A stretch of 64,000 bases of DNA from Epiperipatus broadwayi. Its lineage: Eukaryota > Animalia > Onychophora. Shown one piece after another: positions 11,846 to 26,290 of this stretch. Within the stretch, counting starts at the first letter, position 1, and each line of letters opens with the position of its first letter. The notes below the pieces were generated by a model. The model was not told where the DNA came from, did not search any database, and was given only the letters and a program-made list of their open reading frames with translations. Location of the stretch: the NCBI GenBank assembly GCA_028023455.1, contig JAQFVV010000009.1, positions 62,001 through 126,000 of the forward strand, written 5' to 3'. A program made the position numbers and the translations under genes.

Positions 11846-13642
11846 ATCAATAAACTTAAAAGGATCAATAAAATTTAAAAAATTTTTTTATCAAGACAAT
11901 TCAATTTCTTCAAAATTATTTTTTATGATTTAGAAAGGTTATTAAAGGCTTGGTTTTGAAAAAATTAATTCTCAAGATAATCTAAGTCATCTTTGTTACT
12001 ATTATTTTTAAAACAACATCTAATGATGTGCAATTAAGAATTTATAAACTTACGTCAATGTCTGAGAACAAATTCTAATAAAACTTTGACAATAATTAGC
12101 AGTTTCGCTTTATTGATATGATAATAAATAAGAAAATTGAAAAAGTTGATGATTATTTAGAACAATTAATCTCAATTAAAACAAATAAAATAGAAAAGAA
12201 AATAGAAATGAAGTGGTATGATGTCCATTTGGTAGACTTTAAAAAAGAGTGAATTAATGAATCAAAGCATTGAATACTATAACTCAAAAAATTTGAAAAA
12301 TATAATAGAAATAGAAGAAGGGGAAAAAAGCCATTGATTCAAACTTGAATTAGTTTTCTGATATTACAAAGAATAAAAATTTATATAAAAATAAGGTAGA
12401 AAGTATTAAAAAGAAAAATACTCAATATAATTCTTAACTATATATTGAAATATATATATATATAAAAAAAAAGAACTCTAAAACAGATCTAATTTAAAAT
12501 GAGATAATAAAGTAGGGAATTTTTTGAATAATGGATAAGCCTCTTTATAAACTTTTATGTAAAAGTAATGAAAAGTCTTTAATTATTGTTTCTGTTAATG
12601 CTTCAACTACTTTTTGCCCACATTATTAAAAATATTTTGTTTCTATTTTTTTCAATCAATTTGCAAAAAATGGTACAACTTATGTGATTAATACATCATT
12701 TTATTCAGAATTTAATAAGCTCTCTGCTAGTAATGATTTTCTAGCTTGTATATTTATATTGAATTTTTTTCTAAACTATACAGTATTTTTAAAAAAATTT
12801 CACCAATTAATACTAATAACAATAAAAAACTACATGATTATTCATAAGCAAATGAAGTCATGGATTATGATAAATATTCTATATTTTTCATTAGTAAAAA
12901 TACTTTTTTATTGTATGATATAAAAATTTATAAAGGTTCTTCTGATGAATTATTATTTCAACATTATTTTTTAGAAGATAAAATTATTATATTCTCTTCA
13001 AAAAAAAATTAATAGTTGCCTGACATTGTGTAATTGTCTCACTCTATATATATATGATATAATTAGTAAGATGAATTTATACTTTCAAATTATAATTTAT
13101 CATATAATTAGTAATATGCATTTATACTTTCAAATTATAATTTATCACTGATAAATTCAATATCTGAAAATAACAGCCAGATCAAATTATTGATGTATTT
13201 TATTTGATTTGCTATGGAAAAATAATATTCTTCATATATCATTTAGAAACATTTCGATATAGAATAAAAAATAAAATATACAAATCACTTTATTTAAGCT
13301 GGCAGCATGAACTATCATTTAAATTATAAATTAAAACTACAATTTTAATTATAATTTAAAAGCCTAACAAAATTCACAATTTAAAAATAAATATAAAATT
13401 GATAAATTTAAAAATGCTTATATTGTGTTTTTTTTTTTTTTTCATAATAATAACCATTTTCACAATAACTGAAATTAATGTGAAAACATTACCTTAAAAT
13501 AAATTCTTGAAATTCATTATAGCAATTTCCATAGTCAAATAAAGGGAAGGAATTTAAATTATTGGTTTACAGTTTTTGATATTATAATGAATTATTCCAA
13601 AGATCTTTAACTTACTACTACTGCAAAAAAAAAAAAAAAAAA

Positions 13643-16400
13643 TTATTTATTATTTAGTATATGGATTTTTTTCAACAGTTTAACTAATAACAAAACATCT
13701 ATAAAGGAACATGTAGAGATTCCAAAAAGGAAATAGAACCATTAATGATTTTATTAAGTCAGTTAATTTTGCCACTATAGCCATAGATTTGATAATCATT
13801 AATTATGTGTTTCATCATTGGTTTTTATCCACATTTACATAAATAATTTCATCTATGAATCAGATGAGCACAATGACCATGGGTTATCCTGAATTTGTTG
13901 ATGAGACTTCAATTGCACCCAGAAGATCAAATGCAGATGGCTTTATGATTGGATCTGTGCCATAATCTTTCCTTTGTAAATTCTTGTCCAAATGGAAGAC
14001 TTTGATTTGATATGAGTTTAAAATAGCGAAACTAAATCTTGGAATTATTGGCAAGTCTGACCTACTTAAGGAGCTTTATATAAAAAATTTCTCTTCTGAT
14101 ATCTGCTCAAGAAATATGTGAAAGAATAGGAAACTACTGCAAAAGAATAGACCTGAAAAGATCAGTAATGTTTCTCATGGCAGTATTTAATTGATTTCGA
14201 AAGTTTAGTGTGGCAACTTATTCTCCAAATGGGGGTATAATATTCACCCGAAAAATATGTAGTGATCCAGAAGTTTATTGTGATAATTTTTTCTCCAAAT
14301 AGGAGAATAATATTCCCAGCAGAATATACTATGCTAAAGAAGCTGTTCTTAAAGTATTTGCATAACAATAGTGCCAACTAGCTTTCAAAGATTATTACTA
14401 GAAATTAATTTCAATCTAACTTATCTAAATGAGGCAAATAAGTTAATCTATTATGATTCAGGATGATTCTTAAAGAGCATGAAGCAGAATTGTGTTTCAG
14501 TCTATTATTGCAAAAAATTATATTCAGATTACGAGATGATTCTCTGCAATTTAGAGAAAAAGTGAGCATACTGTCTTTCATTGGATTAGGAAATAAGATC
14601 TCAATCTTCAAAAAAGATATTTCAAAAATATCATCAGCATAAATATATTTCCTTCTCTATGTTTTAAGAAGATCACTAATGAATATATTAAATAAAATAC
14701 GTGAGGAAAAAAAACCTAATGTAGGCCATTCTGTAAACTTTTGCATCTACTATGATCATCATTTAGTTTTACTTGAATTTTTCTATTGGAAAGCATTTTG
14801 TCAAGTAAATTAATGGTTTTCTTGTATTTAAGAATTTTAGAAATTTTTAGATGATCATTTTTTCAAGTAGAATCTTAAGCTAATGTTAGATCAATAAAGA
14901 CAGCATCAGTTTTTAATTTATTTTGAAAGCCTTTTAGATGGCTTTCAACTATTGACGAAATTCTGCTTAATATGATTCTTTCAAAAACCTTACAGGGAAC
15001 ATATAATAATGATACTGGATAATAATAATTTTTGGGATTATTGCTAGGTTTATTGGGTTTTAAAACTGTTTGTAGTTTTGCTTTTATGTCAAATTTTTGG
15101 AATAGCTTCTGCGCATAGTTTTGCCAACCATGCTTTCATTTTCGCTCCCAAATTTTTTAGAAACTCTGGAAACATATTATCCGCTTCCATGCTTTTCTTG
15201 ACTTAAAACAATCCAAAGCATATTCGAGTTCACCAACATCTACAGGATTTATTAAGATAGATATTAGTGGAAAATTGTGAGAGATATCTGCAATTCTGCT
15301 CTAATGAGATTTTTTTCTCACTTTATCAATCTTGGATTTAGAAGTCTGCATACAAGCTTGGCAACTTCATTATCGGTAATATTAGTAGAACTTTTAGAAA
15401 TAGTTTCACATCCAAGTTTTCATAATAATGACCAGATCTTACAACTAGATCTTGTAAAATTTTGTTTCTCCGTAGTATCTCCCCTAAGTTGGTTATAAAG
15501 ATCAGTACTGGTTTTGTTCCATTCTGTAATGAATTGCTTTTGATATAAAAAAGGGTTAGACTTTTTGGAAACTGTTACTAAAATTATGTTAAACTTACTA
15601 TAACTAATGAAAACTGGAGAAATTCTATTAATTTTTCTTTTGAAGATAACTACTACATTGATTTCAATTTGTTTTACTTAAATTCCATCTTGGACAAGAT
15701 AATTTTCAATTATAGAAAAGTGGACTTCAAGTGTGATTAGACTTGGTTTATGTTAACTACGAGGAAAATGGTCCAAAATTAGTAGTTCAGCAGATAAGTA
15801 AATCATTTTTTATTAAAACAAAACATACATCAGGAATTGTTTGTGTTTACCATCTATCAATCTGCTTTATCCTCATTTATATATCTCCAAAAACTAGTAT
15901 AAGAATTGAAATCTCCTAGATCTGGAAGAGGAGGATAGGGCCAGTTTAAATTGAGAAGTTTGTAAATATTACATACATATATATACAAATTGTGACAGAA
16001 ATCTCATTTCAACTACCTTCAATGGAATTCATTTGCATTACAAGATGGTTTGAAACAAAAATATCTATATCATGTAATGTAAAACCAAGAATTTTAAGAA
16101 GATATGCATTATTAGAAGAATGATCACTCTCCTGAAGTTCCATTACATCAATGTTGGGCTAAATAATTAATTTATAGAGAATCTCCATTTTTGATCTTAA
16201 TATATTCTCAATGTTAAGTTGAAGTTGTGTTTGATAGTCATTTTTCATTTCAAGAACCTAGGACTTTCAGCTCTATAATTCGGATGCAGATATCCCTCAT
16301 AATACTGATGGGGTTCACATTAGTAGTATTATTGTATAATTTCATATTTCACTCATTTTAACCAGGAGTTCATCAAGATAAAATCTCGTTTCTATGCAAA
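13643..16400 (-). mobile_element. Degenerate Ingi/Vingi-like non-LTR retrotransposon (APE + RT)
   Basis: Frameshifted APE (GDFNSY), RT and the post-RT EYY.PIWR..H.KL motif (AEYCAPVW-like); (TAAA)n-like 3' tail; collinear with 37852-40492. The clade call rests on recalled motifs. Confidence 0.7.
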
Positions 16401-16614
16401 AACTTTGTTACATATGCTAATGCATATTATTTGCAGCTATCCATCTCAGAAAAAGATTATCATATGTAATTTCTAAATAAGTGTCTAACATTCAAAAATA
16501 AAAACAAAAAAACCTTTATCGAAGTAAGTCACAAATAAAGTTTTGTTTCTTGTAGATATTATAGCCATCATTAATTATTTAAATATCTTTAAATATAAAA
16601 AAATTATTACTTAC

Positions 16615-16724
16615 TTTATGCTAATACATTGATGAATACGACAGAAAGTTTCAAAAATGAACAGTCGAGCATTTTCAAAAAAATCCTCCACACATGCGAT
16701 TAAAAAAAAATCATTGCTTAATAC
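16615..16724 (-). CDS. EIF3E: eIF3 subunit E internal coding exon (equivalent to human exon 10, PCI domain)
   Basis: ttttctag|GTA...ATA AA|gtaagt; 110 nt encoding [36 protein letters not shown](K); in frame with the previous exon. Confidence 0.97.
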
Positions 16725-19309
16725 CTAGAAAAAAATGAATGGATATCTTTTTTATTAAAAAAAAAAAAGGTAAATCAAGACATCAAATTTTAAAATTAAT
16801 GAATTTTAGCATGAATATAATTTGCATATTTCATAAAAGATAGTCCTAAATATAAAAAAAGACAATATATTTGAGTATATGTATATATGTGTCTGTATTA
16901 TATATGTGCTACATAAAAATTACCAGCATTTATTTTAATTAACAATCTTAATTTTTGATAAACTTGCATATAAGATTTTTCCTTTAAATCACTATTCCTC
17001 ACTTCACATACACACGAGTTTATATCAATACATTTATATCAACACGTAATTTAAAAGTTGAAAAAATAATAAAATATATAATTTAATTAAATAACAACAA
17101 TAAAATGATGGTTGCTAGTTTTGCTCCTTAGATTCATAAGTGACAACAATAAAATAGGAAACAAATCCAGTTAAACTCCATAATCTTCATTAATTACATA
17201 AAATAAGAAATATTTGATTTTTAATAAAGTTAACAACTAGTTTAATGGAATTATAATAATTTCTAATCTTTCTCAATCTCTTTCTCCTACTTTTACTTTT
17301 TATCTCTAATAAAATAAGAGTATAAATAAGAGCTAGTTTCTATTGTTTGACTTGGTTTTTATTTTTTTCCCTGTAGCTTTACTAGTAGTAATCTTTGTTT
17401 TTTTTTTCTCTATCATAAAGAATATTTTTTCAATGTTGTTTTCACTTTTTTCCCCCATAGACTGAAATCTTTGTTTTCTCTCTATCATAAAGCAATATTT
17501 TTTTCAGTGAGCAATATAATTTATGTCAGGTATACATACATCAATTACCATTGTATTCATATTTCTGAATAACTCTAAAAATTTACATTTATTTTCCATC
17601 TCCACTTTTTATCTTTTTTTCATTACTAAATTTTCTATTGTAAAAGTTTTGTAATTATAAATTTGCTTTATCTGTTAACATTTCATTAATTTCTACCATA
17701 ACAATTTTCTAGTGCTGAACAATTACAGTATTTAAACAATATTGATTTGGGAGAAAGTTTACTCTGATTTAATGGCAAATATTCCAGGCTTTTAAGTATA
17801 ACTTAAGTGATAAAAAATTTCTAATGATCTGTTAAAAACAAAACTGTATTTAATGTGATTGTTATTCATAAAGCCTATTTATATACAGTATAAATTAATG
17901 TGAATATGTGTAGTAAAACACTTATTTGAATACATATTCAAATTTTACAATTATTCTAAAATTGAAAGCTTAGAAAAAAATGTACTAATTCATGTTAATA
18001 ATACAATTTTATCAATTAGTGCAGAAATAGCTTAAAGCATTTAATAGTCAGCTTAAAATTCATATTTATTTTTAATCCACAAATTATCATGAGTATTTTG
18101 GTAATTTTCAAATAAAAAATTGATTTTGATGCCTTTTTTTAATTTAATCAACATTATTATTGGCACTTCTCATAAATGTTTTCAAAAGCAATAAATGAGA
18201 CCAATTGGAGGGGGGGGGGATAATCAAGTAAGATGTATATTACATGAATTATTTAATACAATTGAAAAATTCAAACAAGTATTTCCTATAATTAATACTT
18301 TTTGACTTAAAAATTTAATAGGGTTTACTAAAATATTATCAGCAAATGTTATGCTATGCACAATTTTCTATGAAATTGCTAGAAAAAGAGTTAATTTTTT
18401 AATAAAACTGATTATTATCAGACATAAATGTATAAAATATATCAAAATAACTTTGACAACTTTCTGCGTTCATTTCACATATTTCATGAACAGCTTCTAA
18501 ATGTAATAAATTTTAGTAAAATCAGGTCCATTTAACAGAGGTCTATTACAAAAATTTACAAATCAATGCAGGCAAATATAGATGCAAGATAGAGAGAAAA
18601 AAAAAACTTTGCAATAACATAAAATAAAATTGCTCTGTCTGCTACTAAATTTACAAAATAATTTGTATCATATTCAGAATAGAAAATTGGAAATGCTATA
18701 ATCCTTAAATACAAAATTCACACTGCAACTTTTGATATTCTCACAGGAAGGACTTATTTTTTGATAATCCTATAGAGAATGAAGAATGTAATTATATAGT
18801 GTTTTTAATATACTGAAAGAAAATTTTTATGGTTTTACCCATAGCGACCAAAAAAATCATTTCAAATCTTTTAAATTTTTTTTTTTAATTTCAATTACTA
18901 GCTTCTTATAATGAAGCATCTTTACTTTGAAAATGATGTAGAAAATTTTGAACAAAAAAAGTGGTCTTATAGATTTATAAAGAATATTCATAACCTTAGC
19001 ATTCAGCATTTCCTTTCACCAGTCGTAAAATTGCTCTTAACCTAATTCTGAACAAAAATTAGTAAAACATATTTGTTAATTCATTGAAAATGATTTTAAA
19101 TTCAAACTATCCAGATGAACATCAACATATTTCATCCATAATCCAGTAATAAAGATATTTTATTTCCATTATGCAAAAAGGTATACAATAATTTAATAAT
19201 CCTATAACAACTACTGATCTTAATACATATATAAGAGAACACTAAATCTAGAGAAATAATATTCTAAAAACAGATAATAAACCAAATAATATATTTTTAT
19301 CCAAACTCA

Positions 19310-22020
19310 ATAATTATGGTATTAAACTCCCATACTGTATACAAAGTATTAAAACTGTAAGATTCAAGTACGAATCTTAGTTTCACCTCAGTCATATTTG
19401 TTCTATCATCTTCTACCCACACTTCCATCCCACCTAAATTTAAACCCTCAATATTGGACTGTGTGCGTATAATAGTATTAATTATATATATAAAAGCTTG
19501 CTAAATAGGCCTCATGCACACACACTCCAATATGAGATATTAACGCACTGAAAATAATTTATTAAATTTAGAATATTTAATATTTTGCGTTAATTATTAT
19601 TTAGGTCAAAGTTATATAACATTTTAATTTATAAAATCTAAAAGTTGTTTTAACCTTTTTAAATGTTTAAATGTATTATGAAACAGTAAGGTCTGCTTTG
19701 CAGATCTTCGTTTCACCTTTTCTCACCTATTTCCTACCCTCATACCTTAGTTTGAACCCCAATCTATCGTAGTGTCTGCAATATGCTTATATACCGAAAA
19801 TCCCGCCTAATTTTAAACCACGAGTACAATGCTCGTATTATATATATAACTCATTTCCAAATAAATAAAAGATTATAGATTATGTATATGTTCATATAAT
19901 TTTGATTTTTTAAAAAGTAGGTTATATAAGTCGTAAATGCGCACACACTATGATATGCATTTTAAAACATATCAAAATTATAAATTGTTAAAGTTATTTT
20001 GTTTGAATCTATTTACAAATATATTACCGTCGTAATATATTTTGATTTAAAATAAAATTCATTTAGTAAATATTCGTTTAGTAAATAGATTCAAATATTG
20101 CAATTTAAAAAGTAAAATAATTTTCTTTAATTTAATAAAAGTCCTTCCAAATATTTCTTTAAAATAAATGAGGGACAATAGTTTAATTAGTTAATATTAT
20201 ATAAGTTTTATCTAAAAACAGCAGATGTCCACTTAAGGTTTTCTTTAATTAATAAAAGTAATTTTTAATTAAATCTAGTTTGTAATTCGAATGTCGACAG
20301 GGAAATTAACAAAAGAAATTAATTAATGTTGAATTCCTTTAGACATTCGGCTGATTTAATTACAGCTGATAAGTCCGATATATTTTTGTAATGCTCCAGG
20401 GCAGTTCTATTGTTAAAGTCTACTATAAAAAAGAAGGGTTTTCTTTTGTTCTCCAGTTTCATTCTAATGTTTCTAAAAGAAATCATTCTGAGTTCTATTG
20501 TAGTAATTTGTAAATCTTGACATGACAGAGTAAAGTGCAAGAAGGCTATTTCTCTCCGAAATGGTCATATGCTGCCGTAGACCATCGGAAGTTATCACAC
20601 AGGGAACCCCGGAACTGCTGCTGCTGCCAAAAATATGAACATTTCCAGATTTTGCTGTTAAATTATATAAAAACCTGCCAACCATCAATCTGCCTAAAAA
20701 TGCTTCTCCAGAGGTAACCCTAAATTAACCCAAGAGCTCTTGTGATTTCTAACTAACATGCTATAGCTATTCTAAATTGTTTTTCTTTTATTTCACATAA
20801 CTTTATTATGTACTTCTTTAAAGTGTTCAAATATAATCAACCGTTTTTCTCTATCCCTGGGTTAATATTTTCTATTTATAAAGCTTTCTTTTATTTTATT
20901 ATGATAATGTGTCAGAATCGTCTTTGACCGAGTGAACTATTCCCTTTATTGAAAGTAAGACGCCGCTATTAAGGCATATTTTAAATTTATAATTTTCCAA
21001 TTTTATTATCTTGCAAATCACTCGTTCAAGGGCGATTCTATTCTTTAATATATAATATAATCACATAGTTTAAAATCTACATGTTATTGATTTTAATCTA
21101 ATATGAGAATATGTGCGAGGTCAATGATTAAATGTGTCTCCTAATGCATGATTGCGTATATAAATCTATACTTACTTTTCAAACCCACAAGCATGCATTT
21201 TCCTATTTTAATTACCGTGTTCTACTTTAATTACAAAGTTCATCATTGACGTCGAGAATGTGCGGACCCTTTTAAATGAATTTCTGGGAATTTGATTGGG
21301 CATTTCTCTTAATCCAAGTAAAACCCATTCAGTATGTTTTTATATACACTAGTCTCGTATTGCTGGCAAATGAATTGGTTGTTGAGACTGCTTTGTTTTA
21401 CTTTTCCAAGGATTCTTTACACGGCAAAGTCCGTTATTTTTGCTTATTGCAGTTTCCAGGCAGAGTGTGTTCCAAATGACATATCTGGGAATTAAACGCA
21501 AACGTCATCCAGTCGCTAAGTTTCGGCTGTTCATAAAATACTTTCATACGGGTTAGCGGCGAAATGCCCTCCGTAATTATTCCAGATCTTCAATATTGTT
21601 TTATTTTATATTTATTTTACAAAGCATCCGTGACTTAAACGTGTCACACCCTCCAACTTTAATAAATTCATTATCAGCAATACTGACCTCCCAATGCAGC
21701 TCTATTATTATTATTCTCAAATAAATGCTTTGATCACATTCCCACTTTGTTGCTTAGTAAGCTTTTGTCTGTGCTATTCTCGAAATCAATAAATATTTTA
21801 TAACACTTAATTTCAAATATTTTCTTAAACTTGTATAATTACTCAAAGCACCTCGCACATGTTCCTATCTCGTCAAGCACATTATCGTAATGCTATTAAC
21901 CCGAGGAATAGAATATATCACTTTGCTTTAAAACCTTTTTTTTTTTATTTATTGGAATATAATGCCAACAATTATTTAATACGCGTCCCTGTCTCATATA
22001 AGCAGACAGTGGCGTTATAT
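19310..22020. other. CpG-retaining unclassified region with broken coding-like stretches
   Basis: CpG is visibly more frequent than in the flanks; minus-strand open stretches at 20320-20700; motif agtaaggtctgct..gcagatc at ~19685 resembles ~58765. Confidence 0.35.
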
Positions 22021-22230
22021 ATATAATTTATATAAATAAATTGTGTGAAATTATTTAAAACTAAATTTGATATCTTATTTTATTGATTCCTATCACTGTC
22101 TCGGTCTATATATATATATTTTCTGCATTTCTTTTGTAAATCCATAGACGTTAATTAGCCACTCAAGCTTCTTTTAGTATAGAGTCTTTTGTTTCTCCCT
22201 GACCACCAGGCACTGGTCAAAGATTATACT

Positions 22231-24822
22231 AGTAGTGGCATCAGATGCGCTATCACATAGATGGCGCTGTGAAATTTGGACTTTAGATTCGAACTTAGTA
22301 TATCTAGAAGGCAACCCCTCCTAGAATGATCAGTTTCGTGTCTGGGGTTTGAATTCTGCAGTGTGTTAGCGAGATAGACGATTCTGACTGTTACAATTAA
22401 AAATAGAAATTCCCCTGCTAAGTAAAGTTGTAAGTCATAGTGGGTGGGGAGAGACAATAGAATACTGAGAAATATTTCTGAAAGCTTTTTAATTAGTTTT
22501 TAAAGGAACATCCGCAATATAATGAGGTCATAGGTGAAATACGCAATAAAATAAAGTAAAATGTTCGGATTGAAATGACAAATGTAACATGTGCTCTTAA
22601 TGCACTATTTTACCTGTGGATATTTAGTGGACCAAAAAGACAAACAAATATGTAATGTTAGATTGATCGGAAAGATAAAGAGCAAGGGAAGCAAAAGGTA
22701 TATAGTCTTGTTAAAAGTAAAATGGGCTCTGAATCTATCTATCTATCTGAATCTCCCAATGTCAGGCTAAGCTAATATCTAATGTCTAATCTCTGATCTG
22801 CCATCTGCTTTTTCATTAAAATATGCTTTTTACGTATAACATTGTGATGCCCGAGTAGTAGGCATGAGCTATTCTCCTCTGAGTGGGAGATACACCGGAT
22901 CCCCTACTTGCTTTTAAAATGAACTAAAATTGTCTGCTGTAATCCGTATACTGCTGCCTAATCAACTGCTGCTTACAATCATGACCACTAAATGAACTGT
23001 TAAGGAAAACCTACTGATCCATACATCATGAACGAGAGGATCATTCAGAAACGTGCACGTTCTGCTTAAATCCAAAGATAACTGGTACCCAAAATCTCTA
23101 AGAAAACTTTCACGCTCGTTATTCAAACTAGAACTCGTATCTTTAATTTTTAATATTTTGTTTATAATTTCTCATGTAAATCCTTTTAAACCATCAAACT
23201 TCTTAAAATCTGTAACCTTTAAAATGTTTAATTACTATACGATCTTTCCTTTTCTTTGGGTATCCATTTCTATTAATATTTATTTATTGACGTAATTAAT
23301 TTCATGCCTCAATAATTTCCGACTTAGCCTCTTAATTTTATTAAATGTTAGCCTTCTCCAAAATGCGCGGAGTTATTAGTAATATATTTATAGTAACTTC
23401 ATCTTATATTTATGAATCGGCTAGCTCGGAAATTATCTATCTTTATATTTTATAAATTATTTTTCAGATGCATCTCATTTTATATTAATGTGCTTTCTAG
23501 TGTCTTCTTATATTTTAAATGAATCATCGTAGCTTTAGAAATGCATCTGACTTTCACGCTTAGCTATGCGTGTGAGGGTACTATAATTTGTGCGGGTGGA
23601 TATCTTAACTTAACAATAGAAATATGCTAGAATTATAATCATTACCCTTTTATTATTAGTTTCAATTGTTGTGCATTTAATTTAACTTTATAATTAAACC
23701 AATCTCATGTTATTTGAGGGCTTGTAAGTTAATCACTCATAAATGGGGGTCTCGGGTATGAGTCATTATTTATTAGCAATTAAAATATAAATCCTGTTCT
23801 ATTATCAAACGATAGGTGTTATTATTGAGCAATGCCAAAATTTTTCTCTTATTTTAAGCCAGGGAAATTACCGGATACCTATGTTTAAAGGTATCATTCT
23901 GTTCCATACGGAAGGGCATAGTTCAAAGTGCTCCCATGGAAAGCTGAATCCGTCATGCAGTCGGGTAGTAACAGTGGTAGAAGTTCCCATATACCCGGAC
24001 TTCCAATTATGACCGGTCTCGTAGGTCCCCAGCAGAAAGCCTGCCCATGAGTTTATATTTCCCTCCTGGCTTACATCTCAAAGTCACTCTATTATTATTC
24101 TATGGCATCTCTATCAATACCACCTCTCGTCTAGTTAACTATTCTTTTAGTCTCTGCTTATGATTTCACTTCACAAGCCTCCCATGTTATTTGCCTTCCA
24201 ATAACAGGCCCTCTTTAGAATTAATCATATAAATAAAACTTTATATATAATCTATTGTAGGGATAAGTAAATTCGCAGCCATATATCTTCTCAATGTTTA
24301 CTTCACACGAGAAGCTAATGTACTTAGTCTGGGGCATGAAATAACAGTTTGCTACCATTAAATACCCAAAGGGACAGGTCGAATGAAATGTTTTAATAAT
24401 GTAAACTCATGCCATATTAGGAGTAGTAACTAAGATCAAACTCCAAGTCTGTAAATAAATTTAATAATATTAAATATAGTTTTAATTATATCTACGTCTT
24501 CATGTCTATTTCCATAATGCCTTATAGGTATAGTGTCTCATGTCGAAATAAATTAAATATAAGGTCATTCATTAGATTAATAATAATATTAGTTGTAATA
24601 GAATTAGTTAGAGTCTCTTGCATCTCCCTGACCCCCATGGCTTAAAAGATGTTTGCTAATGTGGTGACAAGTACGTTATCCCATAGTTATATGTTGTATA
24701 GTCAATCTACTAGATTCAAACTCAGCATTGCAGGCCCTGAACTCACTTATAGTGCTGCTCTTCGACTGTAGTGGAGGGAAGATGCAACTGGTTAATGAGA
24801 TATACGAATTCTGACCGTTACA
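22231..24822. mobile_element. LTR-like element bounded by diverged ~165-bp direct repeats
   Basis: Repeats 22231-22395 and 24660-24822 share start (a/t)gt(a/g)gtg, middle tagattcRaactYag and end gagata.acg.attctgacYgttaca; flanks tact/tagt; AGATGGCGCTG motif in the left repeat. Confidence 0.55.
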
Positions 24823-24942
24823 TAGTATCATGGTTAATAGAAAATATTATAATTTGGAAAACTGAATTAATAATTCAAATTTTAGTAATAATGTAAAGTT
24901 TATATAAATTCAGAGAATTAAATTCAGATTAAAACTATTTGT

Positions 24943-24979
24943 CATGATAAAGGACTTACTGAATAAGTCCTTTATCATG
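24943..24979. repeat. Perfect 16-bp stem hairpin
   Basis: catgataaaggactta-ctgaa-taagtcctttatcatg. Confidence 0.9.
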
Positions 24980-25669
24980 GAAGGTAAAGAATATTAGAAA
25001 ACATTCTAGATTTCAGTGAATAAGATAGGAACTAGTGAAAATTAGTCATTAAATCTGATTTGAATTTATATGCCAAGTAATAAATTTATTAAATAAAATT
25101 AGTGAAATAATTATTGTACAAATTATCCTCAATTAAAGTATTGACACTCATTGAAAAATGATAAATAATCGACTAAGTTTAATAACTTTTAAGATTTTAT
25201 CAAGTTATGGGAGAAAATGCTTTCAATTCTTTCTACAAGCTATTAATACAATAATGTATGCAGATTGAAAGCAGTGCAGGTGATAGAAAGAATTTCTCAG
25301 AGAAGAAAAAACATTCTAGCATAATTTCTGGTAGTTGATCTATTTATTAAATAATTGACTAGTCCTAATGCCAACATAAAGCCATTAACCAGCAAGGTTA
25401 AAAATACAAGTCAATTAAAATTCACAAATTAACAAAATCATAGATTGATAAAAATTAAATCTTTCATAGCAGTTAATACAGAAAAATGATTTTCTCTCAT
25501 CAAGTCAATAAATTTCTTGATATCCAATATTTATTGATATTTTTTTTTCAGACAATGTTAATAATACCAAGATAGTTCCATCCTCACAACAAAATTACTA
25601 AGTCTTCATCTTATTAATAATAACTCAAATAATTAAAAGCTTTCTGCATGAATAATAGCTTTATCTTTT

Positions 25670-26290
25670 ATAATTCAATTAGATTACTTCTTTTCTTAAT
25701 TTAAATATAAAAATAAATAGTGAATGTATACTATGCTAGAAAGATTATAATTTATTCAAAAAATTTACAACTTAACACTGCTTCCAATCAGGTCAGTCAT
25801 ATTCATAGAACTAATATAAGTTTATATAAACAGAATTTATAAATTAAATATACTATTTACATGATCATGCAATTTACTATGGTAAATCTCATGCCAAATA
25901 CGCTACAATATTAGCGCAACACAAATATATATACAAAGGCACTAAAACAGATCCCAATATAAAATCTATATTTTTAGAATGTGAAACAGGCCACAATTTC
26001 GATCCACTTAATATTAAAGTCGTTTGTGCTGAGTGCAACGATTAAAAAAGAAAATATAAAGAAGTTTGGTTTATTGCAAATAACATCAACACAATAAACA
26101 AGAAAGACTTGTGAATTGCATTATCATGTAAATAGTATATTTAATTTATAAATTCTATTTATATAAACTTATATTAGTTCTTTGAATATGACCAACCTAA
26201 TTGAAAGCAGTGCTAAACTGTAAATTTTTCTAATTATAATCTTTTCAGCATAATGTATCTTCATTATTTATTTTTTATCTTTTCTTTTTT
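25670..26290. mobile_element. Penelope-like element family B: GIY-YIG 3' end with inverted 3' copy
   Basis: Plus part (~25870-26290) matches 32130-32540; 25670-25868 is an inverted copy of its 3' end. Confidence 0.8.
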
